Source: Eubacteriales bacterium
GTDB lineage: Bacteria; Bacillota; Clostridia; Oscillospirales; CAG-272
NCBI GenBank assembly: GCA_045629745.1
Contig: JAZQRU010000042.1
Span: 24,358-88,357 of the forward strand
Direction: 5' to 3'
DNA length: 64,000 bases
Shown: piece by piece, positions 55,298-63,556 of the stretch
Position numbering within the stretch: the first letter of the stretch is position 1
How the letters are laid out: the number at the start of each line of letters is the position of its first letter
Program-made: the position numbers and the translations under genes
Notes under the pieces: generated by a model
Databases searched by the model: none
The model's input: the letters and a program-made list of their open reading frames with translations, nothing else
Told to the model about the DNA's origin: nothing

Positions 55298-55600
55298 CTA
55301 TGCTAAAGAAAGAAGCTTGTCAAAATCATAAGCTATCAAATTTGTTCTTTTGAGCAAGGTGAGCCAATAAATACTTTCTCCTGTTTCTTTTAAAGAAATA
55401 TGTAACTTTGAAATAAAATCTGCTTTGCTGTTTCCGTATATGGCTTCATTTATGTTTGCACCGACACTCGTCGCGGAACGCAGTAATTGCTTTGCAATCG
55501 TCGTATCCTTTTTGCTTTTAGAAAACTCTTCGTAGAAAAGTACGGTTTGCGTCGCAAAATCCATAGATTTTTCAAGTAATGGGCTATTCATTGTCTTCAC
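55298..55600 (-). CDS. Four-helix-bundle protein (23S rRNA intervening-sequence protein / Avd fold family)
   Basis: ...QLLRSATSVGANINEAIYGNSKADFISKLHISLKETGESIYWLTLL... is the family signature; about 100 aa, so possibly slightly short at the C-terminus. Confidence 0.8.
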   Translation of the reverse strand: MKTMNSPLLEKSMDFATQTVLFYEEFSKSKKDTTIAKQLLRSATSVGANINEAIYGNSKADFISKLHISLKETGESIYWLTLLKRTNLIAYDFDKLLSLA

Positions 55601-55614
55601 ATCTCTTTGTAATC

Positions 55615-55643
55615 ATTGTATCACGTTTTATAATGAAAATCAA
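55615..55643 (-). promoter_or_regulatory. SigA-type promoter of the four-helix-bundle gene
   Basis: Minus strand TTGATT, 17 nt, TACAAT. Confidence 0.5.
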
Positions 55644-55671
55644 TGCTTTTCGACTATCGGGAGAAAAGCTA

Positions 55672-55752
55672 CCTTTTCTCTTCTCTTTTCTCTCTTATCT
55701 CTTCTCTGGAAAAGTCGCATAGGAGATTTAGAGAAAAGTGAAGAGTGAAGAG
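55672..55752. repeat. Polypyrimidine tract folding back on a polypurine tract (imperfect long hairpin)
   Basis: 36-nt CT tract CCTTTTCTCTTCTCTTTTCTCTCTTATCTCTTCTCT (55672-55707) followed by AGGAGATTTAGAGAAAAGTGAAGAGTGAAGAG (55721-55752). TTTTCTCT/AGAGAAAA and ATCTC/GAGAT pair. Confidence 0.55.
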
Positions 55753-55753
55753 T

Positions 55754-55789
55754 ACAAAAAGAAAAAGCCGCTTACGCGACTTTTTCTTT
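55754..55789 (-). terminator. Rho-independent terminator of tRNA-Ser
   Basis: Minus strand AAAAAGUCGC-guaa-GCGGCUUUUU then CUUUUUGU. The G-U pair makes it specific to the minus strand. Confidence 0.6.
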
Positions 55790-55790
55790 T

Positions 55791-55880
55791 TGGCGGAGAA
55801 GAAAGGATTTGAACCTTCGCGCCGGTTGCCCGACCTACACCCTTAGCAGGGGCGCCTCTTCACCACTTGAGTACTTCTCC
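55791..55880 (-). tRNA. tRNA-Ser (anticodon GCU)
   Basis: Minus strand GGAGAAG...CGCCC-CUGCUAA-GGGUG, long variable arm, GAAGGTTCAAATCCTTT T-arm, CTTCTCC acceptor, G discriminator and encoded CCA; 90 nt. Confidence 0.95.
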
Positions 55881-55914
55881 ATTTTCAAGCCGTGGTTCTT
55901 TAGCTTGCCGAACT

Positions 55915-55943
55915 ATTATAACAAGTTTTTTGAACTTTGTCAA
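55915..55943 (-). promoter_or_regulatory. SigA-type promoter of tRNA-Ser
   Basis: Minus strand TTGACA, 17 nt, TATAAT; about 27-nt leader before the mature 5' end. Confidence 0.55.
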
Positions 55944-56134
55944 GTGCTTTCTTTTAAAATCTCAAAGCGAATTTTAAAAATACCAAAAAGCATTACCTTT
56001 ACTGAAAAATTACGCAGAAACAAGCCGCTAAAAGCTTATCAAGCGGCGTCTTATCGGCAATTCTTGACAAAAATGCAAGCTTATTGATTTTGACGCGTTT
56101 AAGTGACTGTTTTATGTGGCGAGGACTTAAACTC

Positions 56135-56197
56135 GCCTTTTTTGTCACGTCAGGTGTGCCATTTTGTCACACAGTTTGTGCCATTTTGTCACACAGT
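56135..56197. repeat. Tandem 22-bp repeats (2 full copies plus 1 degenerate copy), each containing a TGTG...CACA palindrome
   Basis: GTGTGCCATTTTGTCACACAGT (56154-56175) and TTGTGCCATTTTGTCACACAGT (56176-56197) are 21/22 identical. They are preceded by the related GCCTTTTTTGTCACGTCAG. Confidence 0.7.
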
Positions 56198-56232
56198 AAA
56201 TAAATAATAAGTAAATAATACTCTCTTTCTCT

Positions 56233-57468
56233 CTATAGCAGCGTAGAGCGATTTTCAGTTTTGTTTTTTAAGCTCTCGCGGTACTCCTTCGGGCTTTTAC
56301 CCGTATGCTTTTTGAAAAGCTTTGAGAAATACTGCAAATCAAGTATTCCCGAGTGGAGCGCTACGGTTTGTATTTGCAAATTGGTGCTTGCGAGAAGATA
56401 CTCCGCGTTTTCCATTCTTCTCTCTCTTATATACTCCGTAAGGGTTTTTCCCGTTTCCTTGCGAAAAAGCGCGGAAAGATAACCGGGGCTTATATTTTGG
56501 CTTTTTGCAAGAGAGTTTAAGGAAAGCTGGGCGCTTAAATCGGAGTCGATAATAACCATAACTCCCCTTATAAGCGGAGAGTATTTTTTTACGGAGTGGT
56601 TTCTGACTAGATGGCAATAGCTTCTGAACATTTCGGTCATTAGGGCGAAGCTTCCCGAAAGGCTTTTCATAGCCTCGATTTTTAAAGCAAAATCCGAGGA
56701 AACACGATCAATATACATAGGGTGAACACCGCCCGTTTCCGCCGCCTTTCTAAGTAACGTATTCATAATAATTCCGTAGTTTTTTGCGTTTCTTAAAGGA
56801 CTTTCGGCTCGCTTTTCAAAGGTGTTTTCCGTAAACGCACCGAGCAGCTGCTTTTCCGCATGAATTTGCCCGAGAGATACAGCCCTTATAAGCTCGTTTT
56901 CAAACTCGTAACGCTTTTCCATAATTCTCATTTTCAAAACCGCGTCTTCTCCGTCTTCAAGCTTAGGACTCATTGCGGATGCAGGCATAGGACCTGAATT
57001 GTTGACGTCTATAATCAAAAACGAGGGACTTTTGAAAATACGCTCAAGAAAGCTATCAAGAAAGAAGAAAATTTTGCTCTCTGCCGATAACACGGGAAGA
57101 ATTGAATAATACTCCTCAAGATAACGCTGGCGCGAGGGTAAAACACCGTTTTTTTCGCCTATCTCAAACATTTCGGATACGGACAAGCCCTCTTCGAGAT
57201 ACGGGCCGACGAAAAACACGGTTGGAATTTCCCTCTCGGGAAGCAGAAAATATCTATAGCAAAGCTTCATTCCGTCACTTGCCTTGTAAAGACAGCTCGG
57301 CTTGAGGTTATGTGCCGACACCGCTTTCGGATTTTCTTCTCCGAAAACTCTTTCAAGTCCCATGCGGAATCTGAAAAAGCCATCACCGTCAAGCTTTACC
57401 TCCGTTGCGTTAAGTCGGCATTTTCTGAAGCCTTCCCTAATTAAATCAAGTTCGTTTTTGTAAAACAC
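56233..57468 (-). CDS. AraC-family transcriptional regulator
   Basis: C-terminal double HTH (...LNSLAKSQNISPGYLSALFRKETGKTLTEYI...QIQTVALHSGILDLQYFSKLFKKHTGKSPKEYR); divergent from a sugar-utilisation operon. Confidence 0.85.
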   Translation of the reverse strand: MFYKNELDLIREGFRKCRLNATEVKLDGDGFFRFRMGLERVFGEENPKAVSAHNLKPSCLYKASDGMKLCYRYFLLPEREIPTVFFVGPYLEEGLSVSEMFEIGEKNGVLPSRQRYLEEYYSILPVLSAESKIFFFLDSFLERIFKSPSFLIIDVNNSGPMPASAMSPKLEDGEDAVLKMRIMEKRYEFENELIRAVSLGQIHAEKQLLGAFTENTFEKRAESPLRNAKNYGIIMNTLLRKAAETGGVHPMYIDRVSSDFALKIEAMKSLSGSFALMTEMFRSYCHLVRNHSVKKYSPLIRGVMVIIDSDLSAQLSLNSLAKSQNISPGYLSALFRKETGKTLTEYIRERRMENAEYLLASTNLQIQTVALHSGILDLQYFSKLFKKHTGKSPKEYRESLKNKTENRSTLL

Positions 57469-57665
57469 ACTTTGTTCCTCTTTTTGTTGATTTCCAACTA
57501 TACTTATTATATCTTAACATTTTTTTTGGTGAATTACAACATTTTTCAGAAATTTAATATTAAAATTTTACAAAAATGAATTAAAATAATACTCACACAA
57601 CGGAGTTTATATAATATATACTGTTATACGGTAGATAAAAATTTAACAAAAAGGAGTAGCTACAA

Positions 57666-59171
57666 ATGAAAAAAGAAATTCAGCTTGATGCCAACGGGCA
57701 TCGCAAGTTTGGCATGCGCGATAAATTTTCGTACGCTGCCGGCGACCTTGGCTGTAATATGAGCTTTGCACTTAAGAGCTCTATTATGGCAATCTTCTGG
57801 ACACAGTTTATGGCTCTGGGAGATACTCTTTATGCAACTCTTCTTCTCGTTGTTCAGATCTGGGACGCAATCAACGACCCGCTTCTCGGTTCACTCTTTG
57901 ACGCAGATAAGAGAGCTTACAAGCACGGTAAGTTCAAGTCCTATATTTTCGTAGGCGCGCTTGGACTTCTCTTCTCGGGACTTTTCTTCTTCCTGCCTAT
58001 CCCGGGCGCACCTAAAGTTATGAGATGTATTCTCTTCGTGCTCGGTTACGTTCTTTGGGATGCATTCTACACGGTTGCAAACGTTCCTTACGGCTCTATG
58101 ATGTCTGTTATCTCAACCGACGGCTCCGAGCGTTCTCAGCTTTCGACCTGGCGTTCCATCGGTTCTATGGTTGGTAACATACTTCCTATGGTTCTTCTTC
58201 CCATCCTTTGCTACGACGCAAGCAACAATCTTAAGGGTGAAACGGTATTCGTTGCGGCTATCGTAATGGGTGTTATCGGTCTTGCTTGCTTCATTTATAT
58301 GCTTAAGACTACTACCATTCGCGTTGACGAATCTTTGGTTAAAATTAGCGAGCCTAAGCAGAAGTTCAATATTTTCAAGGCAATGCTTAACTTTGTTAAG
58401 AACCCCGCAGCAGTAGGCGCAACTCTCGCTGCAATGGCAATGTTCATTGGTATGCAGGGCTCTTCAACCGCTACGACGGTTCTCTTCCAGTCCTACTTCG
58501 GAAACGCAAAGATTTCCGGTATCGTAATGCTTATAGGATACCTTCCTATGTTCCTCTTTATGCCGTTTATCAAGAACATCGTTGACAAGTACGGCAAAAA
58601 GGAAGCTTGCGCTGTCGGTTCAGCTGTAAGCGTATTCGGCGCGCTTCTTCTCTTCCTTCCTCTCGGAAGCGGAACCGCAGGTCTTGTAGGATACGTTGTC
58701 GCTCAGGTATTCTTCGGTCTTGGTCTTGGCTTCTACACCTGCGTATCGTGGGCTCTTATGGCAGACGCCATCGACTACAACGAATGGAAAAACGGAACCA
58801 AGGAAGAGGGTACGGTTTACTCACTTCACTCCTTCTTCAGAAAGCTCGCACAGGGCCTTGGTCCTTCAGCGGTTATCCTTATTATGACGGCTCTTGGCTA
58901 TGACGGTGAGCTTGGCGCAAATCAGCCCTTCCACGTAGCAGAAAATATGAAGTGGCTCGTTGCTTCGCTTTACTCGTTCAGCGCTATAGTAATGTTCATT
59001 TCTATCGCATTTATTTACAACCTCAACAAGAAAAAAGTTGCAGAAATGACGGCAGAGCTTGAGGCAAAGAGAAGCGAAAACGCAGCTTCCGGAGAGGCTT
59101 CAGACGAAGCTCCCGAAGAAAACGTTGAACCCGAATTCACCTATTTTGAAGATTTCCAGGAGAAAAAATGA
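57666..59171 (+). CDS. GPH-family glycoside/pentoside/hexuronide:cation symporter
   Basis: AAGGAG SD; ...KFSYAAGDLGCNM...DAINDPLLG... motif typical of MelB/GusB-type MFS_2 transporters; 12 TM. Confidence 0.85.
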   Translation: MKKEIQLDANGHRKFGMRDKFSYAAGDLGCNMSFALKSSIMAIFWTQFMALGDTLYATLLLVVQIWDAINDPLLGSLFDADKRAYKHGKFKSYIFVGALGLLFSGLFFFLPIPGAPKVMRCILFVLGYVLWDAFYTVANVPYGSMMSVISTDGSERSQLSTWRSIGSMVGNILPMVLLPILCYDASNNLKGETVFVAAIVMGVIGLACFIYMLKTTTIRVDESLVKISEPKQKFNIFKAMLNFVKNPAAVGATLAAMAMFIGMQGSSTATTVLFQSYFGNAKISGIVMLIGYLPMFLFMPFIKNIVDKYGKKEACAVGSAVSVFGALLLFLPLGSGTAGLVGYVVAQVFFGLGLGFYTCVSWALMADAIDYNEWKNGTKEEGTVYSLHSFFRKLAQGLGPSAVILIMTALGYDGELGANQPFHVAENMKWLVASLYSFSAIVMFISIAFIYNLNKKKVAEMTAELEAKRSENAASGEASDEAPEENVEPEFTYFEDFQEKK

Positions 59172-61438
59172 GAAACATAATAAACATTAACGAGGGCTGG
59201 CAGTTTATCAAGAATTGCACAGACCTTACCGCAACTGAAGGTGCTGTCAGTGTTAATCTTCCCCACACTTGGAATGCGGAAGACGGTTACGACGGCGGAA
59301 ACGATTATTTCCGTGGCTCTTGCCTTTATACAAAAGAGCTCAATAAATCCGAGCTTCCCGAAGCTTCAATTTACTACCTTGAATTCAGAGGTGCAAACTC
59401 CTCCGCAGACGTATACGTAAACGGAAAGAAGCTCGCGCACCACGACGGCGGATATTCAACCTGGCGCGTTAACATCACCGAGGAGCTTACGGATAAAACG
59501 AATATTTCCGTTATCGTTGACAACTCGCCAAACGAAGAGGTTTATCCCCAGATGGCAGACTTCACCTTCTACGGCGGTCTTTACAGAAACGTAAATCTTA
59601 TCTGCACGAGCGAGTCGCATTTCGACCTTGACTATTACGGAACACCCGGACTTAAGATTACCCCGACTGTAAACGGCACCGACGCGACTGTTGAGGTTGA
59701 GGCTTACGTTACGAATTTTAAGGAAAACCAGACTCTTGTTTACACCCTTTACGACAAGGATGAGAACGAAATTGCTAAAACCGAAACCCGCGAAGCACTC
59801 GTGAATTTTGAAATCAAGAACGTTAATCTCTGGCACGGACGCAAAAATCCCTACCTCTATTGCTGTGAGGTTGAGCTCGTTGAAAACGGCGAGGTTCTCG
59901 ACAACGTTTGCTCACGCTTCGGCTGCCGCAACTTTAAAATTGATCCTAACCTTGGATTTATACTTAACGGTGAGGAATATCCCCTTCGCGGCGTATCCCG
60001 CCACCAAGACAGAACCGGTTTCGGTAACGCTCTTCTTCCCGAGCATCACGAAGAGGATATCGAGCTTATATGCGAGGTAGGCGCAACGACTATCCGTCTT
60101 GCTCACTATCAGCACGACCAGTATTTCTACGACCTTTGCGACGAAAAGGGACTTGTTATCTGGGCGGAAATTCCTTACATTTCAAGACATATGCCCAGCG
60201 GTAGAGAGAACACGATTTCTCAGATGAAGGAGCTTATCACTCAAAACTACAACCACCCCTCGATAGTAGTTTGGGGACTTTCCAATGAAATTTCCATCGC
60301 AGGCTCCGACGACGACCTTCTTGAAAACCACAGAATTCTTAACGATCTCGTTCACGATATGGACAAAACCCGTCTTACCACCATTGCAGCAGTTTCTATG
60401 TGCAAGATAGACGATCCGTATCTTCTTATTCCCGACGTCGTTTCCTACAACCACTATTTCGGTTGGTACGGCGGCGATACCACAATGTACGGACCTTGGT
60501 TTGACAAGTTCCACGCAACTCACCCGAATATTCCCATCGGTTGCTCCGAGTACGGCTGCGAGGCGCTTAACTGGCACTCCAGCAATCCTTTCCAGGGCGA
60601 CTATACCGAGGAATATCAGGCGTACTATCACGAGGAGCTTATAAAGCAGCTCTTTACGAGAAAGTACATATGGGCAACTCACGTATGGAATATGTTTGAC
60701 TTCGGCGCAGACGCTAGAAACGAGGGCGGAGAAAACGGACAGAACCACAAGGGACTTGTTACTATGGTCCGTAAGTATAAGAAGGACGCCTTCTACGCTT
60801 ACAAGGCTTGGCTTTCCGACGGGCCCTTCGTTCACCTCTCGGGTAAGAGATACGTTGACAGAGTTGAAGACGTAACTAAGATTACCGTTTACTCAAATCA
60901 GCGCGAAGTTGAGCTTTTTGCAAACGGCGTAAGCCTTGGCAAAAAGACGGCAGACGACCACTTCTTCTATTTCGACGTTAAAAACGAGGGAGAAACCGCA
61001 CTCGTTGCCGTTGCAGGCGAATGCCGCGACGAATCCTTTATCCGCAAGGTTGAGGTCTTTAACGAGGAGTACAGACTTAAAGAACAGGGCGCGGTGCTCA
61101 ACTGGTTTGATATTGACGCTCCCGAAGGACGTTACTCTCTCAACGACAAGATTTCCGATATTATGAAATCTCTTCGCGGAAAGCTCTGGTTCGCAGGTGT
61201 CGGACTTAAGATGAAGAAGAAAATGAACGCGAACAAAAAGGACAAGGCAGAGGGCAAAAAATCCGGAGGCTTCGAGGTTGACCTCAAGGCAGACGGGGGC
61301 ATTATGCAAATGATGGGTGGCTTTACCGTTCTCCGTCTTACCTCTATGATGGGTATGGTGAACATAAGCTTCACTAAGGAAGAGCTCCTTAAAATGAACA
61401 AGAAGCTTAACAGAATAAGAAAGCCCAAAAACAAATAA
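59168..61438 (+). CDS. Glycoside hydrolase family 2 (beta-galactosidase/beta-glucuronidase type)
   Basis: N-terminal sugar-binding domain (...LPHTWN...), TIM-barrel with acid/base WGLSNEIS and nucleophile region GCSEYGCEA, ...WNMFDF.... ATGA overlap with the transporter gene. Confidence 0.9.
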   Translation: MRNIININEGWQFIKNCTDLTATEGAVSVNLPHTWNAEDGYDGGNDYFRGSCLYTKELNKSELPEASIYYLEFRGANSSADVYVNGKKLAHHDGGYSTWRVNITEELTDKTNISVIVDNSPNEEVYPQMADFTFYGGLYRNVNLICTSESHFDLDYYGTPGLKITPTVNGTDATVEVEAYVTNFKENQTLVYTLYDKDENEIAKTETREALVNFEIKNVNLWHGRKNPYLYCCEVELVENGEVLDNVCSRFGCRNFKIDPNLGFILNGEEYPLRGVSRHQDRTGFGNALLPEHHEEDIELICEVGATTIRLAHYQHDQYFYDLCDEKGLVIWAEIPYISRHMPSGRENTISQMKELITQNYNHPSIVVWGLSNEISIAGSDDDLLENHRILNDLVHDMDKTRLTTIAAVSMCKIDDPYLLIPDVVSYNHYFGWYGGDTTMYGPWFDKFHATHPNIPIGCSEYGCEALNWHSSNPFQGDYTEEYQAYYHEELIKQLFTRKYIWATHVWNMFDFGADARNEGGENGQNHKGLVTMVRKYKKDAFYAYKAWLSDGPFVHLSGKRYVDRVEDVTKITVYSNQREVELFANGVSLGKKTADDHFFYFDVKNEGETALVAVAGECRDESFIRKVEVFNEEYRLKEQGAVLNWFDIDAPEGRYSLNDKISDIMKSLRGKLWFAGVGLKMKKKMNANKKDKAEGKKSGGFEVDLKADGGIMQMMGGFTVLRLTSMMGMVNISFTKEELLKMNKKLNRIRKPKNK

Positions 61439-61451
61439 CAAACGCAAAAAG

Positions 61452-61496
61452 GCGGAGGCCGAGGGTAATCCCGAGGCTTCCGCTTCTGTTTTTTAT
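61452..61496. terminator. Terminator hairpin between convergent genes
   Basis: GCGGAGGC...GCTTCCGC (one G-U pair) followed by TTCTGTTTTTTATTTT. Confidence 0.5.
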
Positions 61497-61503
61497 TTTA
61501 TTA

Positions 61504-62193
61504 TCAGTTTTTATCCTGCATTTTTTTAATGGCTTTCCAGTTGAAAAATCCGTATAAGTCGTTTGCCAGAAAAGCAACGAAGCACACTACCATAGGAAGA
61601 TACGCTATATTAGCTATCGCGGCAATTGCCCAAAGGATTATCAGAACTACGTCATTTAAGGCGTAAGCCAATGCGTAATAAGGACTTCTTAAGAACGAAA
61701 AGACCGAGGCAAGACAGCTCGTTGCAATTGATACCGTACTTACGATAAGCTCGCTTGTGTCAATTGCCTTAAGTATAAAGTAAAAGGCAAGCGTGACGGT
61801 AAGTGTTAATAGAAATGAGAGCAAAAGCTTCCTTTTCGTTATACCGGAAACCGAAACCACCTCAGAATTTTTGTAGGGGTGCTTCAGCCACGAAATCAAA
61901 GAAAAGAGAGCCGCTGGCGCTGACATACCGAGATAAGTTATAACCTCACTGTAATATCTGAGCTTTATCGAAACGATACCGTAAGCTACAGCGAATATAA
62001 GACATAAAAATTGACCGAAAACAAGTCCTTTCGCAACGAAAATCAAGGCGCTTACTCCGACGAGCGAAGAAATGAGCGTGAGCCAATTCTTTTCGTCTGT
62101 TAATATGAAAGAAAGCGTTACGGCGAGAACCGACAGGCACCAAAGTGATATTTCAAATTTGCTGAATGATTTTAAGGAAAGCTTTATATTCAT
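61504..62193 (-). CDS. pnuC: PnuC-family nicotinamide riboside (or related vitamin) transporter
   Basis: Start moved to ATG 62193 (MNIKLSLKSF...). About 7 TM, with ...SLVGVSALIFVAKG...W... and ...NDVVLIILW... motifs reminiscent of PnuC. Confidence 0.6.
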   Translation of the reverse strand: MNIKLSLKSFSKFEISLWCLSVLAVTLSFILTDEKNWLTLISSLVGVSALIFVAKGLVFGQFLCLIFAVAYGIVSIKLRYYSEVITYLGMSAPAALFSLISWLKHPYKNSEVVSVSGITKRKLLLSFLLTLTVTLAFYFILKAIDTSELIVSTVSIATSCLASVFSFLRSPYYALAYALNDVVLIILWAIAAIANIAYLPMVVCFVAFLANDLYGFFNWKAIKKMQDKN

Positions 62194-62296
62194 TTTCACC
62201 TTTAAAAAAATAAGCACTCGCAAGTCACACCTTCTAAGACCTAACGGCACGACGACGAATGCAAAGCATTTTTACTACCCGGTGGCAGTTTAATTT

Positions 62297-62325
62297 ATTT
62301 TAGCATATTTTTTTAATTTCGTCAA
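62297..62325 (-). promoter_or_regulatory. SigA-type promoter of pnuC
   Basis: Minus strand TTGACG, 17 nt, TGcTAAAAT. Confidence 0.5.
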
Positions 62326-62333
62326 GTTTTTTC

Positions 62334-62362
62334 TTGAAAAAAGCTCTTTCGTGTGGTAAAAT
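62334..62362 (+). promoter_or_regulatory. SigA-type promoter of xth
   Basis: TTGAAA, 17 nt, TGgTAAAAT. Confidence 0.5.
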
Positions 62363-62391
62363 AAGGTTATAAAATGAAAGGTGTGACTTTT

Positions 62392-63141
62392 ATGAAATTT
62401 ATTTCGTGGAACGTCAACGGCTTTAGAGCCGTTTTAGGCAAAGGCTTTGCCGATATATTCAATGATTTGGATGCGGATTTTTTCGCGCTTCAGGAAACGA
62501 AAATGCAGGAAGGACAGGCGGATTTTTCGCCCGAGGGCTATCACGCTTTCTGGTTTAGCGCGGAGAAGAAGGGATATTCGGGTACTGCCGTTTTCGCAAA
62601 ACGGGAGCCGCTTTCCGTCTGCTACGGAATAAACGGAAAGCACTGTGACGAGGGGCGCGTTATAACTCTTGAATACGAAAACTTTTATTTCGTCAACGCA
62701 TACGTGCCAAACGCGCAGGACGGCCTTAAGAGAATTGATTACAGAATGGAGTTCGAGAACGATATGAGAGATTATCTTCTCGCGCTTGAAGAAAAAAAAC
62801 CTATAGTTTACTGCGGAGACCTTAACGTCGCGCACAATGAAATAGACCTTAAAAATCCAAAAACAAACGTCGGAAATCCCGGCTTTTCCGACGAGGAGCG
62901 CGAAAAAATGACGAAGCTTCTCAGTGCAGGCTTCATAGACAGCTTCCGCTATCAGAATCCCGACAAGGTTAAGTATTCCTGGTGGTCGTACAGAATGAAG
63001 GCAAGAGAAAGAAACGTCGGTTGGCGTATTGACTATTTCGTAATTTCACCGAAGCTTAAAGACAAAATAATTGCAACGGACATTCTTAATGACGTTTTTG
63101 GAAGCGACCATTGCCCTGTATCCTTGGAGCTTGATATTTAG
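62392..63141 (+). CDS. xth: Exodeoxyribonuclease III
   Basis: MKFISWNVNGFRA...LQETK...GDLNVAHNEIDL...WRIDYF...SDHCPV. ATG 62392 preferred over 62374. Confidence 0.9.
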   Translation: MKFISWNVNGFRAVLGKGFADIFNDLDADFFALQETKMQEGQADFSPEGYHAFWFSAEKKGYSGTAVFAKREPLSVCYGINGKHCDEGRVITLEYENFYFVNAYVPNAQDGLKRIDYRMEFENDMRDYLLALEEKKPIVYCGDLNVAHNEIDLKNPKTNVGNPGFSDEEREKMTKLLSAGFIDSFRYQNPDKVKYSWWSYRMKARERNVGWRIDYFVISPKLKDKIIATDILNDVFGSDHCPVSLELDI

Positions 63142-63160
63142 TTTTGATTGCAAAAATCTA

Positions 63161-63189
63161 TTGACAAACAAAGCGAATTATGCTATCAT
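63161..63189 (+). promoter_or_regulatory. Consensus-like SigA promoter about 190 nt upstream of tRNA-Leu
   Basis: TTGACA, 17 nt, TGcTATCAT. Confidence 0.45.
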
Positions 63190-63377
63190 TCTAATCGTGT
63201 GATGCTCATGAAAATATTACTTTGAAGAGATTGAAAACAGAAAAACAAATAGATAATTTTGCATTATGCATTATTATATTTTGCGAAGCATGCTGAACAA
63301 GTACGATTTATCTGAAAAAGTAAGCACCGCCTCGGGTGTTCTCTCCGTGTAAAAATAGAGATCAAAAACTAAAAATT

Positions 63378-63461
63378 GCAGGGGTGTTGGAATTGGCAGA
63401 CAAGCAGGCCTCAGACACCTGTGTTTTTAACATGCGGGTTCAAGTCCCGTCCCCTGCACCA
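63378..63461 (+). tRNA. tRNA-Leu (anticodon CAG)
   Basis: GCAGGGG acceptor, GGAATTGGCAGAC D-loop typical of Leu, anticodon loop CUCAGAC, variable-arm hairpin TGTTtttaAACA, GCGGGTTCAAGTCCCGT T-arm, encoded CCA. Positions 31-39 form a C-A mismatch. Confidence 0.85.
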
Positions 63462-63511
63462 CTTAAAGTCTAAGTCAAGAGATATCTTGGTTTAGGCTTT
63501 TTTGCATATTT

Positions 63512-63541
63512 AAGAGGCGAGCCGCAAGCTCGCCTCTTTTT
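63512..63541. terminator. Bidirectional rho-independent terminator
   Basis: AAGAGGCGAGC-cgcaa-GCTCGCCTCTT followed by TTTTA. Confidence 0.75.
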
Positions 63542-63556
63542 ATGTAGTTTTGGATT

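Noticed and set aside
55298-55600. Possibility that the four-helix-bundle gene is the Avd of a diversity-generating retroelement
   Set aside because: No reverse transcriptase gene and no template or variable repeat pair are visible anywhere in the 64 kb.
55809-56087. 92-aa plus-strand ORF
   Set aside because: Its first 24 codons are the antisense of tRNA-Ser. The remainder is AT-rich promoter and spacer DNA.
55013-56197. Possibility that the repeat arrays are a CRISPR locus
   Set aside because: There are only 2-3 short units (13 nt within a 23-bp period; 22-bp tandem units) with no unique spacers of CRISPR size. There are no cas genes in the window.
35142-61447. Other long antisense ORFs (such as 35142-35726, 42720-43262, 49453-50115, 52668-53309, 53424-54026, 60182-60835, 60893-61447)
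   Set aside because: Each lies wholly inside a confidently identified gene on the other strand (transketolase, trkA, rpsB, P-type ATPase, GH2) and lacks both an SD and homology-like motifs.
62194-62296. Search for a NAD+, thiamine or other riboswitch in the roughly 100-nt pnuC leader
   Set aside because: I recognised no THI-box (CUGAGA), nadA or pnuC-motif features. There are only small hairpins (AATGCtttGCATT) and a U-run next to the SD. A covariance-model scan would be needed.
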